IMG/VR virus record: IMGVR_UViG_3300027769_000091
Span: 1-32,669 of that record
Direction: 5' to 3' (one strand)
DNA: 32,669 nt
From: a virus
Taxonomy: Duplodnaviria; Caudoviricetes
The translations under genes and the position numbers were made by a program. Under the pieces are notes generated by a model. It saw only the letters and a list, made by a program, of their open reading frames with translations, was not told where the DNA came from and made no database searches. Each line of letters opens with the position of its first letter. Positions within the stretch are counted from its first letter, which is position 1. Shown in pieces: positions 17,678 through 24,521 of this stretch.

Positions 17678-20088
17678 TGTTTCTGCAAGAAGCGCTGCGG
17701 ACACTTCCGCAGGTGTTGGAGCTTGTCCCGGTATCCGGCAAGAGGCCGATGCTGGACAGCTGGGAGACCGGCCTGCCTAGGTCGGAACTGGAGAAGGTGC
17801 AAGGGTCGAAGGTCAATGTTGGCCTGCTCGCCCGCCATCGACCCGGCCTTGATATAGATGTCACCGACAAGGACTGCAGCGAGGCGATCCAGTTCGCTGC
17901 CGAAATAGAGCTCGGCCTGGCGCCGGTCAGGGTCGGTCAGGCGCCGAAGAGGCTGCTCATGTACCGCACCGACCAGCCGTTCAGGAAGATGAAGATCTTC
18001 CTTCAAGCGCCCGACGGGTCTACGAAGGACCCGGCCGGCAAGGAGTGGGCGGTGGAGCTGCTCGGCGACGGGCAGTTCTACGTCGTTGAGGGTATCCACC
18101 CAGGCACAGGGTCTGCCTTCACGTGGGACGTTGACAGGTGGTGGGACGAGCCGCTGACGGCCGTCCGCGAGGCCGACGTGCGTGCGTTCTTTGATGCCCT
18201 CCCTGACTACCTGCCTGCAGGCTGGCGGGTGGTCCGCCGGGCCGCGGTGGCACCGTCAGGGGGTGGGGAGGACGATGCCCTGCTCGCGCTCGCGCAGCAG
18301 CCGCTGGACGGTTGGGACGAGAACCGGGTGGTCGATGACATCCTGCCCTACCTGGACCCCAACTGCGGGTATGAGGACTGGCTCAAGGTCGGTCAGGCGC
18401 TGCATCACCAGGGGGAGGGCGGCGAGGAGTGGCTGCAGCTGTGGGATGATTGGTCGTCTGCCGGCGCCACCTGGGCGGAGGGCGTCTGTAGAGACAAGTG
18501 GGACAGCTTCGGCGGCTACGGCGGCCGGCAGGTCACGCTGGCGACCCTCATCCACGAGACCCGAGACGGCCGCGACGCCGCTAGGGCTGTCGTGTCCGCG
18601 TCGGTGGTGAGCAGGCTGCTGGCGGAGGTGGAGTCGGCCGCCGAGCCGGCGCTGCTGGAGACCAGCGTGGCGAGCCTGGTGCGGCAGGCGACCCTACTTG
18701 ACGTTGACCGTGAGAGGCTGGTCGAGGCGATCCGGCTGCGCGCAGGGGTGCTCGGCGTGCGGGTGACGGCTGCCGTGGTGAGGCGCTGGGTTCGGCCGCC
18801 TCGGAGGCAAGGGTCGACCGATGTCGCGCTCGCCGCGGAAGGCCCTCCGTGGGCGGCAGAGTGGGTCTTCTGCGGCAACGGTGACAAGTTCTTTTCGCTG
18901 CGGAACAAGCAGATGGTGACCGCGTTCGGGTTCCGTGCGATGCACAACAGGCTGATGCCAGTCGACCCCGCGTCGGGTGGACGGCTGCGCGCCGACTCGG
19001 CGTGCCTGGAGCAGTGGGGCATGCCAGTCGTTGATAACCTGGCCTACGTGCCGTGGGCTGGGCCAGTGTTCCACATGAACGGCTGCACGTGGGGTAACCT
19101 CTACCGTGACGACCTGGTGCCTGACGTGCCAGTCGAGACACTTGAGGCGGATCGGGAGGCTGTCGGCGTGGTCTGTGGCCATGCCGAGAAGATGTTCCCC
19201 GACACTCGGGAGCGGTCGCTGTTCCTTTCATGGTGCGCGTGGCAAGTGCAGCGGCCGGGCGAGAAGGTCAGATGGGCGCCCTACCTGTGCGGGGTGGAGG
19301 GGGACGGGAAGTCGTTCTGGGCGACACTGATCGGCCTCGCCATGGGCCAGGTCAATGTCCGGTCGCTGACAGCGAAGGTGCTTGAGAGCGGCTTCACCGA
19401 CTGGGCTACCGGTGCTGCGGTGATCGTGCTGGAGGAAATGAAACAGCACGGTCACAACCGGTACGACATTATGAACGCGCTGAAGCCGATGATCACGAAC
19501 GACATCATCGAGATTCACCCCAAGGGGCGTGCGCCCTACATGTCTCCCAACACCGCGAGTTACTTGCTGTTGTCCAATTTCATGGACGGCGCGCCAGTGA
19601 CTGACGGCGACCGGCGGTACATGTTTCTGCGTTCGGCGATCAGCCTGGAGGAGGTTCGGGCAATGTCAGCTGGCGGTTACTTTGATCGGCTGTTCGCCGC
19701 TGTGCGGGGTAGGCCGGGGGCGGTCCGTGCTTGGCTGCTGGGGTATTCCCTGCATCCGGAATTCAACGCAGAGGGCAGGGCGCCGGACACCGATTTGAGG
19801 GAGGCAGTCCTTGAGGCGGTCAAGTCCGAGGCCGAGTCTTTGGTCGACGATGTGATCGATGACGAGGGGTTCGGTGACACGCTGGTGTTCGACGAACTGC
19901 TGACGGCGGTCAAGCTGGTGGGCGCGATGGGGGTCGCCGACAAGTCGGTGAGCGCGGCTTTGGCCAGGAAGGGGTACAACATGGTGGGGCGTTTTATGGT
20001 TGGCGGGAGGCGGATGCGGGTGTGGAGCAAGCGGCGCATGTCGGCGCCGGAAGCCAAGGAGTGGGCGGTTACCCGGATAAAGAAGTGA
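17677..20088 (+). CDS. Primase-helicase (Prim-Pol-type AEP, PriCT-2, SF3/DUF5906-type helicase)
   Basis: N-terminal GKRP..NVGL..GLDIDV..GIHPGTG; PriCT-2 motif YEDWLKVGQALH...WDDWS; Walker A GVEGDGKS; Walker B IVLEE; LLSN; DRRY. Confidence 0.9.
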   Translation: MFLQEALRTLPQVLELVPVSGKRPMLDSWETGLPRSELEKVQGSKVNVGLLARHRPGLDIDVTDKDCSEAIQFAAEIELGLAPVRVGQAPKRLLMYRTDQPFRKMKIFLQAPDGSTKDPAGKEWAVELLGDGQFYVVEGIHPGTGSAFTWDVDRWWDEPLTAVREADVRAFFDALPDYLPAGWRVVRRAAVAPSGGGEDDALLALAQQPLDGWDENRVVDDILPYLDPNCGYEDWLKVGQALHHQGEGGEEWLQLWDDWSSAGATWAEGVCRDKWDSFGGYGGRQVTLATLIHETRDGRDAARAVVSASVVSRLLAEVESAAEPALLETSVASLVRQATLLDVDRERLVEAIRLRAGVLGVRVTAAVVRRWVRPPRRQGSTDVALAAEGPPWAAEWVFCGNGDKFFSLRNKQMVTAFGFRAMHNRLMPVDPASGGRLRADSACLEQWGMPVVDNLAYVPWAGPVFHMNGCTWGNLYRDDLVPDVPVETLEADREAVGVVCGHAEKMFPDTRERSLFLSWCAWQVQRPGEKVRWAPYLCGVEGDGKSFWATLIGLAMGQVNVRSLTAKVLESGFTDWATGAAVIVLEEMKQHGHNRYDIMNALKPMITNDIIEIHPKGRAPYMSPNTASYLLLSNFMDGAPVTDGDRRYMFLRSAISLEEVRAMSAGGYFDRLFAAVRGRPGAVRAWLLGYSLHPEFNAEGRAPDTDLREAVLEAVKSEAESLVDDVIDDEGFGDTLVFDELLTAVKLVGAMGVADKSVSAALARKGYNMVGRFMVGGRRMRVWSKRRMSAPEAKEWAVTRIKK

Positions 20089-20295
20089 TTGCCCACATGT
20101 TACCCAGATAAAATTTATCTGGGCAGTGCTCCAAGCTGTTGATTTTAGATAGGTATTTATATATTTACCCACATACCCACATAATATTACGCATACATAT
20201 ATAGGAAATTATATTTATAACGCTGTATAAAAAAAATATGTATATATCGGAAATAGAAGTTCAAATCGGCATTTATCTGGGCATCTGGGCAATTT
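20089..20295. other. AT-rich intergenic region, candidate replication origin
   Basis: Sharp AT-rich island in a GC-rich genome, directly after the primase. Palindrome CCCAGATAAA-A-TTTATCTGGG at 20103-20123; ATTTATCTGGGCA repeated at 20113-20125 and 20271-20283. Confidence 0.6.
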
Positions 20296-20559
20296 ATGGG
20301 TAATGAGAGCAAATTGGAGCAGAAGCGCCGCCAGCAGGTTGAAGACGCCGGCGGGTGGTATCTGAAGCAGAACGGGCACCCCGGCATACCGGACAGGCTG
20401 ATCCTGATGCCTGTCCCGGATGAGCACCGAGAGCTGGTGTCGAGGTACGTCAGGTTCGAGGAGGTCAAGGCATCTGCTGGCCGGCTGTCCGCTGTTCAAG
20501 AGCGGGTTATTGGTTGGTTGATCACGATGGGGTATCGGGTAGATGTCACGAAACCTTAG
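20296..20559 (+). CDS. VRR-NUC family nuclease (Holliday-junction resolvase-like)
   Basis: ESKLEQ...GGWYLK...GIPDRL...FEEVK..GRLSAVQ...GYRVDV. Confidence 0.88.
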   Translation: MGNESKLEQKRRQQVEDAGGWYLKQNGHPGIPDRLILMPVPDEHRELVSRYVRFEEVKASAGRLSAVQERVIGWLITMGYRVDVTKP

Positions 20560-21868
20560 AGCGTTTCAGGTAGAGGCGCTGCAGCGCGTTGCGCAGCAGA
20601 ACCTGTACCTGGCTGCAAAGCCTGGGTCGGGCAAGACCGCTGTCGCGGTCCACGCTGCGCACCGTGCGCTGTACGACACGTTCACGGCCAGACGGGTGCT
20701 GGTGGTCACCCCCAAGCGGGTCGTGCCACAGTTCGCATCTGAGGCGGCGTCGTGGAAGTTGCCGTTGACGTTTGCGGAGTGCATGGGCGGCGAGCCGCAG
20801 CGTCTTGATGCGCTGGCGGCCCAGACTGATGTCCTCGTGACCAGCCATGAGCACTTTCCGTGGCTGTGCCGGGCGATCCCTGCCCGGCAGTGGGACTTCG
20901 ACCTGGTGGTGTTCGACGAAGCCGGCCGGCTGAAAGATCACAAGTCGACCGGCTTCAAGGCGATGCGGGCGATTATGAAAAAGCGTAAGCCGAGGCTGCT
21001 GTTGATGAGCGGCTCACCGCGGCCTGGGAGCGCGCATGAGCTGTTCGCGCCGGTGACCCTGCTGGATGGAGGGGCGCGACTGGGAACGACCTTGGGGCCG
21101 TTCAGGGCGGCGTATCTTGAACCGCACAAGGTAGACCGGAACACGGGTCGGGTGTTCAGCTGGAGGTTGCGGCAGGGGATGGAGGGCGCGCTGTACGGCC
21201 GGATTGCTGACCTGTACTACGCGGTCAGCCCGGATCTGGGGCTCAAGTACACCGAGATCGATGTTCCGGTCACCTTGCCTCCGGCGGTTCGGCAGGAGAT
21301 CAACCGCATGCTGACCGGCCTCACCGCCGACTGGGGGCTGGACGAGATCACGGCAGGCAACAACGCGGTTGCGATCGGGAAGGCGTTGCAGCTGGCCAGC
21401 GGGACGGTTTTCAACGATGGCGGGGGAGTGACCCACGTCCACGATGCGAAGATCGACGCGTTGCGGGAGCTGATTGAGCAGATGGACGGCGAGCCGCTGA
21501 TGGTCGCGACCTGGTGGACGCATGAGAGGGAGAGGTTGCTGCAGGCGTTTCCTGGGATGGTGGACATAACGACAGAGGGGGGCCTTGCAGCGGCTAAAGC
21601 CGGGAAGGCCCCCCTTGCGTTGATCCACCCGCAGTCGGCAGGGCACGGGATCGACGGGCTGCAGCATCACTACTCGGCGCTGGCGTACTACACGCTGCCG
21701 CACTCGTACGATTACTACAACCAGTTGCTGCGGAGGATCGTCAGAAGCGGGCAGACGGAGACGGTGAGGGTGTTCAGGTTGCTGGCAGGCCCGGACGTCC
21801 GTGTCCGAGATTCGCTGCAGGTCAAGATGGCCGGGCAGGAGGGGTTCTACGATTTTTTGACCGGCTGA
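20543..21868 (+). CDS. SNF2-like (SF2) helicase
   Basis: LRAFQ, Walker A KPGSGKT, VVFDEAG, LMSGSP, HPQSAGHGIDGLQ, QLLRRIVRSGQ. Confidence 0.9.
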   Translation: MSRNLRAFQVEALQRVAQQNLYLAAKPGSGKTAVAVHAAHRALYDTFTARRVLVVTPKRVVPQFASEAASWKLPLTFAECMGGEPQRLDALAAQTDVLVTSHEHFPWLCRAIPARQWDFDLVVFDEAGRLKDHKSTGFKAMRAIMKKRKPRLLLMSGSPRPGSAHELFAPVTLLDGGARLGTTLGPFRAAYLEPHKVDRNTGRVFSWRLRQGMEGALYGRIADLYYAVSPDLGLKYTEIDVPVTLPPAVRQEINRMLTGLTADWGLDEITAGNNAVAIGKALQLASGTVFNDGGGVTHVHDAKIDALRELIEQMDGEPLMVATWWTHERERLLQAFPGMVDITTEGGLAAAKAGKAPLALIHPQSAGHGIDGLQHHYSALAYYTLPHSYDYYNQLLRRIVRSGQTETVRVFRLLAGPDVRVRDSLQVKMAGQEGFYDFLTG

Positions 21869-22187
21869 CCGCGGATTGACTCACGCCGACCGCCTTGCAG
21901 GCCCGGTAGGCAGTCCAGCCGTGTTCTTTCATGAGCCGGATCGCTTGTTGTGTCCGGCTGACCGCGGTCGCAACGGGCGCCTCGATCTCCGACTCCGGGG
22001 GCGACACTTCGTATACGAGGTCGGTGTCCCAGTCGCCGGGATTTTCGGCCCACACGCGAGCGCGCAGCTTGCCGTTGGGCATCACTTCAGCCGAGTAGGC
22101 CTCGGCCCTGCCAGCGGCCATGTGCGCTTCCAGCTGTTGGCGGACAGCAGGCGCCCATGCCAGATTGAGGAACTCATCTTTTTTCAT
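21822..22187 (-). CDS. Hypothetical protein with a C-terminal helix-turn-helix
   Basis: QQAIRLMKEHGWTAYRACKAVGVSQSAVSR; last gene of the leftward cluster. Confidence 0.65.
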   Translation of the reverse strand: MKKDEFLNLAWAPAVRQQLEAHMAAGRAEAYSAEVMPNGKLRARVWAENPGDWDTDLVYEVSPPESEIEAPVATAVSRTQQAIRLMKEHGWTAYRACKAVGVSQSAVSRSKNRRTPPARPS

Positions 22188-22381
22188 AACGGCACCGCGT
22201 TTTTGATGTGCCGGCCTTTGCCGGAGCCGTCAAAACTGACTGCCTCGGCTTTCAGTTCGGCAGTGATGCCACGCTTGGCAGCGCGATTAATTATCGTGGC
22301 CGGCTTGGCCGTGCCGGCGATCCGAAACTGAACGAACTGCCCAGATTCTGTTTTTCCAGAGCAAAAAGTTGTGTAACGCAT
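22184..22381 (-). CDS. Hypothetical protein (65 aa)
   Basis: ATG is preceded by CAGGAGGAC and lies directly downstream of hammerhead A. Confidence 0.7.
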   Translation of the reverse strand: MRYTTFCSGKTESGQFVQFRIAGTAKPATIINRAAKRGITAELKAEAVSFDGSGKGRHIKNAVPL

Positions 22382-22393
22382 GCGGTCCTCCTG

Positions 22394-22448
22394 GGACTCA
22401 TCAGTACCGGCAGTTACCGGCAGACGCAGCGGGTGCTGCGTTTCGTCC
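22394..22448 (-). ncRNA. Hammerhead ribozyme A (type II)
   Basis: Minus strand: GGAC GAAA C GCAGC-ACCC-GCUGC GUC^ UGCCGG-UAACUG-CCGGUA CUGAUGA GUCC. All core nucleotides and three stems are present. Predicted cut between 22423 and 22422. Confidence 0.92.
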
Positions 22449-22766
22449 TTACGAGGTCTTGCGAGCCGAGACCTTGATCGTGGCGAAGGCCTCGCCCGTC
22501 GAGCTGTGGGCGGTGACCAGCTGACGGCTGGGGTTGAAATGTTCGGCGATGGCGCGCCAGTCGATGCTGAGGCGGCCGTCCGACCAGGCGATGCTGGCGC
22601 GGTACTGCTGGCCGTCGATTGCTTCGTAGCCGCAGCCGGAAAGCATGGCCTTGATTTCTTTTTCGCGGATTTGCAAGTCCGCGATGCGGGCTTTCAGGCC
22701 GCCGAGTTCGTCGACCATGGCGATCAGGTCGGCGTCAGTGATGATGGTTTTGAGTTGTGCGGTCAT
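22449..22766 (-). CDS. Hypothetical protein (105 aa)
   Basis: ATG 22766 follows CAGGAGGAC; the TAA stop abuts hammerhead A. Confidence 0.75.
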   Translation of the reverse strand: MTAQLKTIITDADLIAMVDELGGLKARIADLQIREKEIKAMLSGCGYEAIDGQQYRASIAWSDGRLSIDWRAIAEHFNPSRQLVTAHSSTGEAFATIKVSARKTS

Positions 22767-22788
22767 GCTATGTCCTCCTGGGACTTGT

Positions 22789-22843
22789 GGACTCATCAGT
22801 GCCGGCGTTACCGGTCAGACGCAGCGGGTGCTGCGTTTCGTCC
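22789..22843 (-). ncRNA. Hammerhead ribozyme B (type II)
   Basis: Minus strand: GGAC GAAA C GCAGC-ACCC-GCUGC GUC^ UG(A)CCGG-UAACG-CCGGCA CUGAUGA GUCC. Predicted cut between 22818 and 22817. Confidence 0.92.
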
Positions 22844-23668
22844 TTATGCGGCTTTGAGGTCGGCCATTTTCTCGGCCAGCGACCAGAGCGCGCGGTTCAG
22901 CTTCACGTCCTGCTGGATGCCGGTCACCGGACGCGTGGTCATCCGGCGGCCGGTTGTTGCGCGGCCACGCTGGCCGCCCTTGAGCAGGTTTTCCTGGATC
23001 ACGTTGTAGGTGTTCCAGAGGGTCGGCGCCGCGTCGTCGTTGCGGTGCGGTCGGATCACCTGTGCTGCTGACACCGGCGCTGCGTCGTCCCAGCGCAGCT
23101 TGATGGCCTCGTCAGCGAGCAGCAGTTGTTCGGGGCGGGACAGTTCGATGCCCTTGAAGGCTTCCTTGCGGTGTTCTATCTCCTGAACGTTGCGCAGGAC
23201 CTCGTAGCTGCCTTCGATGACGTTTCCGACTACGTCGCCGGAGTGCCGGATTTTGACGTTGTTGTGAACGTCACCGGCGATCAGGCCGTTCGAGCAAACA
23301 AACCGAAAATAGCCGGCTAGCAGGTGGTAGCTAGACGCCCCGTCGTGGCTGTTGATCAGGATGATCTCCGGCACTTCCCCGCTGCCGGCGTCGATCAGGC
23401 TGCGGTGGCGCAGGCGGACCATGTGGCGAGTGAATTCCCGTTTGCTGGCATCGCGGGTCATCGACTGGCGCACCTCATACGGGGCGAACCCTTCGCGCCA
23501 CATCCCGCGCAAGATGTCGATCGTCGGGATGTGAGTGTACCGCTCGGAGCGGCTGGCGTGGGCTTCGGTGGCCAGCACTGATGGAGCATAGCGGGCGAAT
23601 TGCTCGCCCGTGATTGGGGTCTGGCTGCGGAACGTGTTGTCTTTGGTGCTGGATGCGTAGCGGATCAT
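22844..23668 (-). CDS. DUF932 (YafZ/YfjQ/YubP-like) protein
   Basis: HASRSERYTHIPT, KREFTRHMVRLR, EIILINSHDGASSY, FRFVCSNGL, LWNTYNVIQENL and DVKLNRALW. Confidence 0.92.
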   Translation of the reverse strand: MIRYASSTKDNTFRSQTPITGEQFARYAPSVLATEAHASRSERYTHIPTIDILRGMWREGFAPYEVRQSMTRDASKREFTRHMVRLRHRSLIDAGSGEVPEIILINSHDGASSYHLLAGYFRFVCSNGLIAGDVHNNVKIRHSGDVVGNVIEGSYEVLRNVQEIEHRKEAFKGIELSRPEQLLLADEAIKLRWDDAAPVSAAQVIRPHRNDDAAPTLWNTYNVIQENLLKGGQRGRATTGRRMTTRPVTGIQQDVKLNRALWSLAEKMADLKAA

Positions 23669-23698
23669 GTGCGTGCCCTCCTGGGGCTGGGTTGTGAT

Positions 23699-23749
23699 GG
23701 ACTCATCAGTGCCGGCGTTACCGGTCAGACGCCTTACGGCGTTTCGTCC
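23699..23749 (-). ncRNA. Hammerhead ribozyme C (type II)
   Basis: Minus strand: GGAC GAAA C GCC-GUAA-GGC GUC^ UG(A)CCGG-UAACG-CCGGCA CUGAUGA GUCC. Stem III differs from A and B but still pairs and has a GNRA loop. Predicted cut between 23728 and 23727. Confidence 0.92.
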
Positions 23750-23991
23750 TGTATCGCGACTTTCCCGACCAGCTTGATTGCGCCGAGTTCGCGAGCGGCG
23801 ACACCGCCCACGTTGTAGGCCTGCCGCTTGGCGCCTGTCCGGCTGCCGTAGCCGGAATTCCCGTTGCCGCCGATGTCGATGACTTCGACGACTCTGCCCC
23901 GCTTGGGCGAGAGCAACTCAAGGCGGGCGGTGACTGCCTCTGAACGCCAGCCGGCGGGGGTGAATACTGCGGTGTTGTATTTCACGAGCAT
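23734..23991 (-). CDS. Hypothetical protein (85 aa)
   Basis: ATG follows CAGGAGGAC; its last codons and TAA lie inside hammerhead C. Confidence 0.7.
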   Translation of the reverse strand: MLVKYNTAVFTPAGWRSEAVTARLELLSPKRGRVVEVIDIGGNGNSGYGSRTGAKRQAYNVGGVAARELGAIKLVGKVAIQDETP

Positions 23992-24011
23992 TTTGTCCTC
24001 CTGGGACTGGG

Positions 24012-24236
24012 TTACGCGTAATTGTTTCGGATTAGAAAAGCGATTAATTCAAAGTGGCGGCCCTCTTGGTACTTGCCGCCCTGCGGCCAGATGTAGCTGA
24101 CCTCTTCGCCGTCGCGCAGGATAGTGCCAACCAATTTTTCAGCGCGGGCTTCGCGCTTTTCAAGGCGGGTCAGCGCCCTCTCTTCTGCTTTGAGGCGACG
24201 GCTGATTCTGTTATCAAGGAACTGTTCGATTGTCAT
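24012..24236 (-). CDS. Hypothetical protein (74 aa), first gene of the leftward cluster
   Basis: ATG 24236 (MTIEQFLD) follows CAGGAGGAC. The longer ORF-track version runs through non-coding RNA. Confidence 0.7.
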   Translation of the reverse strand: MTIEQFLDNRISRRLKAEERALTRLEKREARAEKLVGTILRDGEEVSYIWPQGGKYQEGRHFELIAFLIRNNYA

Positions 24237-24253
24237 GCTGTCCTCCTGGGACT

Positions 24254-24306
24254 CTTGTTTCGGCCTTCTGGGCCTCGTCAGTAGCGCAGCGTCAGCGCTA
24301 TACAAG
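24254..24306 (-). ncRNA. Hammerhead ribozyme D (type III)
   Basis: Minus strand: CUUG UA^ UAGCGC-UGACGCU-GCGCUA CUGACGA GGCC-CAGAA-GGCC GAAA CAAG. GUA cleavage triplet; predicted cut between 24301 and 24300. Confidence 0.92.
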
Positions 24307-24408
24307 TTGCCGGTTTGTCCTCTGAGGCATCCGCCCCGGCTCCCGGTGTTTGATCTGCTCCGGTCAGCAGTGGTTCGTCGTCGTGAGAGGCCATTTCCGC
24401 ACGCCTGA

Positions 24409-24424
24409 TACTTGATGTCAAGTA
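24409..24424. promoter_or_regulatory. Inverted repeat overlapping a perfect -35 hexamer in the divergent early/late control region
   Basis: TACTTGA-TG-TCAAGTA. Minus-strand TTGACA at 24421-24416 points into the ribozyme cluster. The -10 at 17 bp spacing (GGAAAT) is poor. Confidence 0.45.
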
Positions 24425-24521
24425 CTTGCCACAAACTTTTTTAAATATTTTTCGGCCATCTTGCACAAAGCCGCAGCTTCCCTGAGACTTTGACCGGCGA
24501 AAAACTTTACAGGAGACGCCG

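Noticed and set aside
22767-22796. ORF-track start at 22796 for the 115-aa ORF
   Set aside because: That ATG is part of the ribozyme CUGAUGA core; the SD-led ATG is at 22766.
22385-24252. Interspersed repeats read as a CRISPR array or as terminators
   Set aside because: The spacing is hundreds of bases and contains whole genes. There is no cas operon (DUF2800 is a replication-module nuclease) and no U tracts. The repeats fit hammerhead and SD-hairpin structures instead.
24237-24434. N-terminal extension of ORF 24012-24434
   Set aside because: It runs through the promoter region and hammerhead D; the SD-led start is at 24236.
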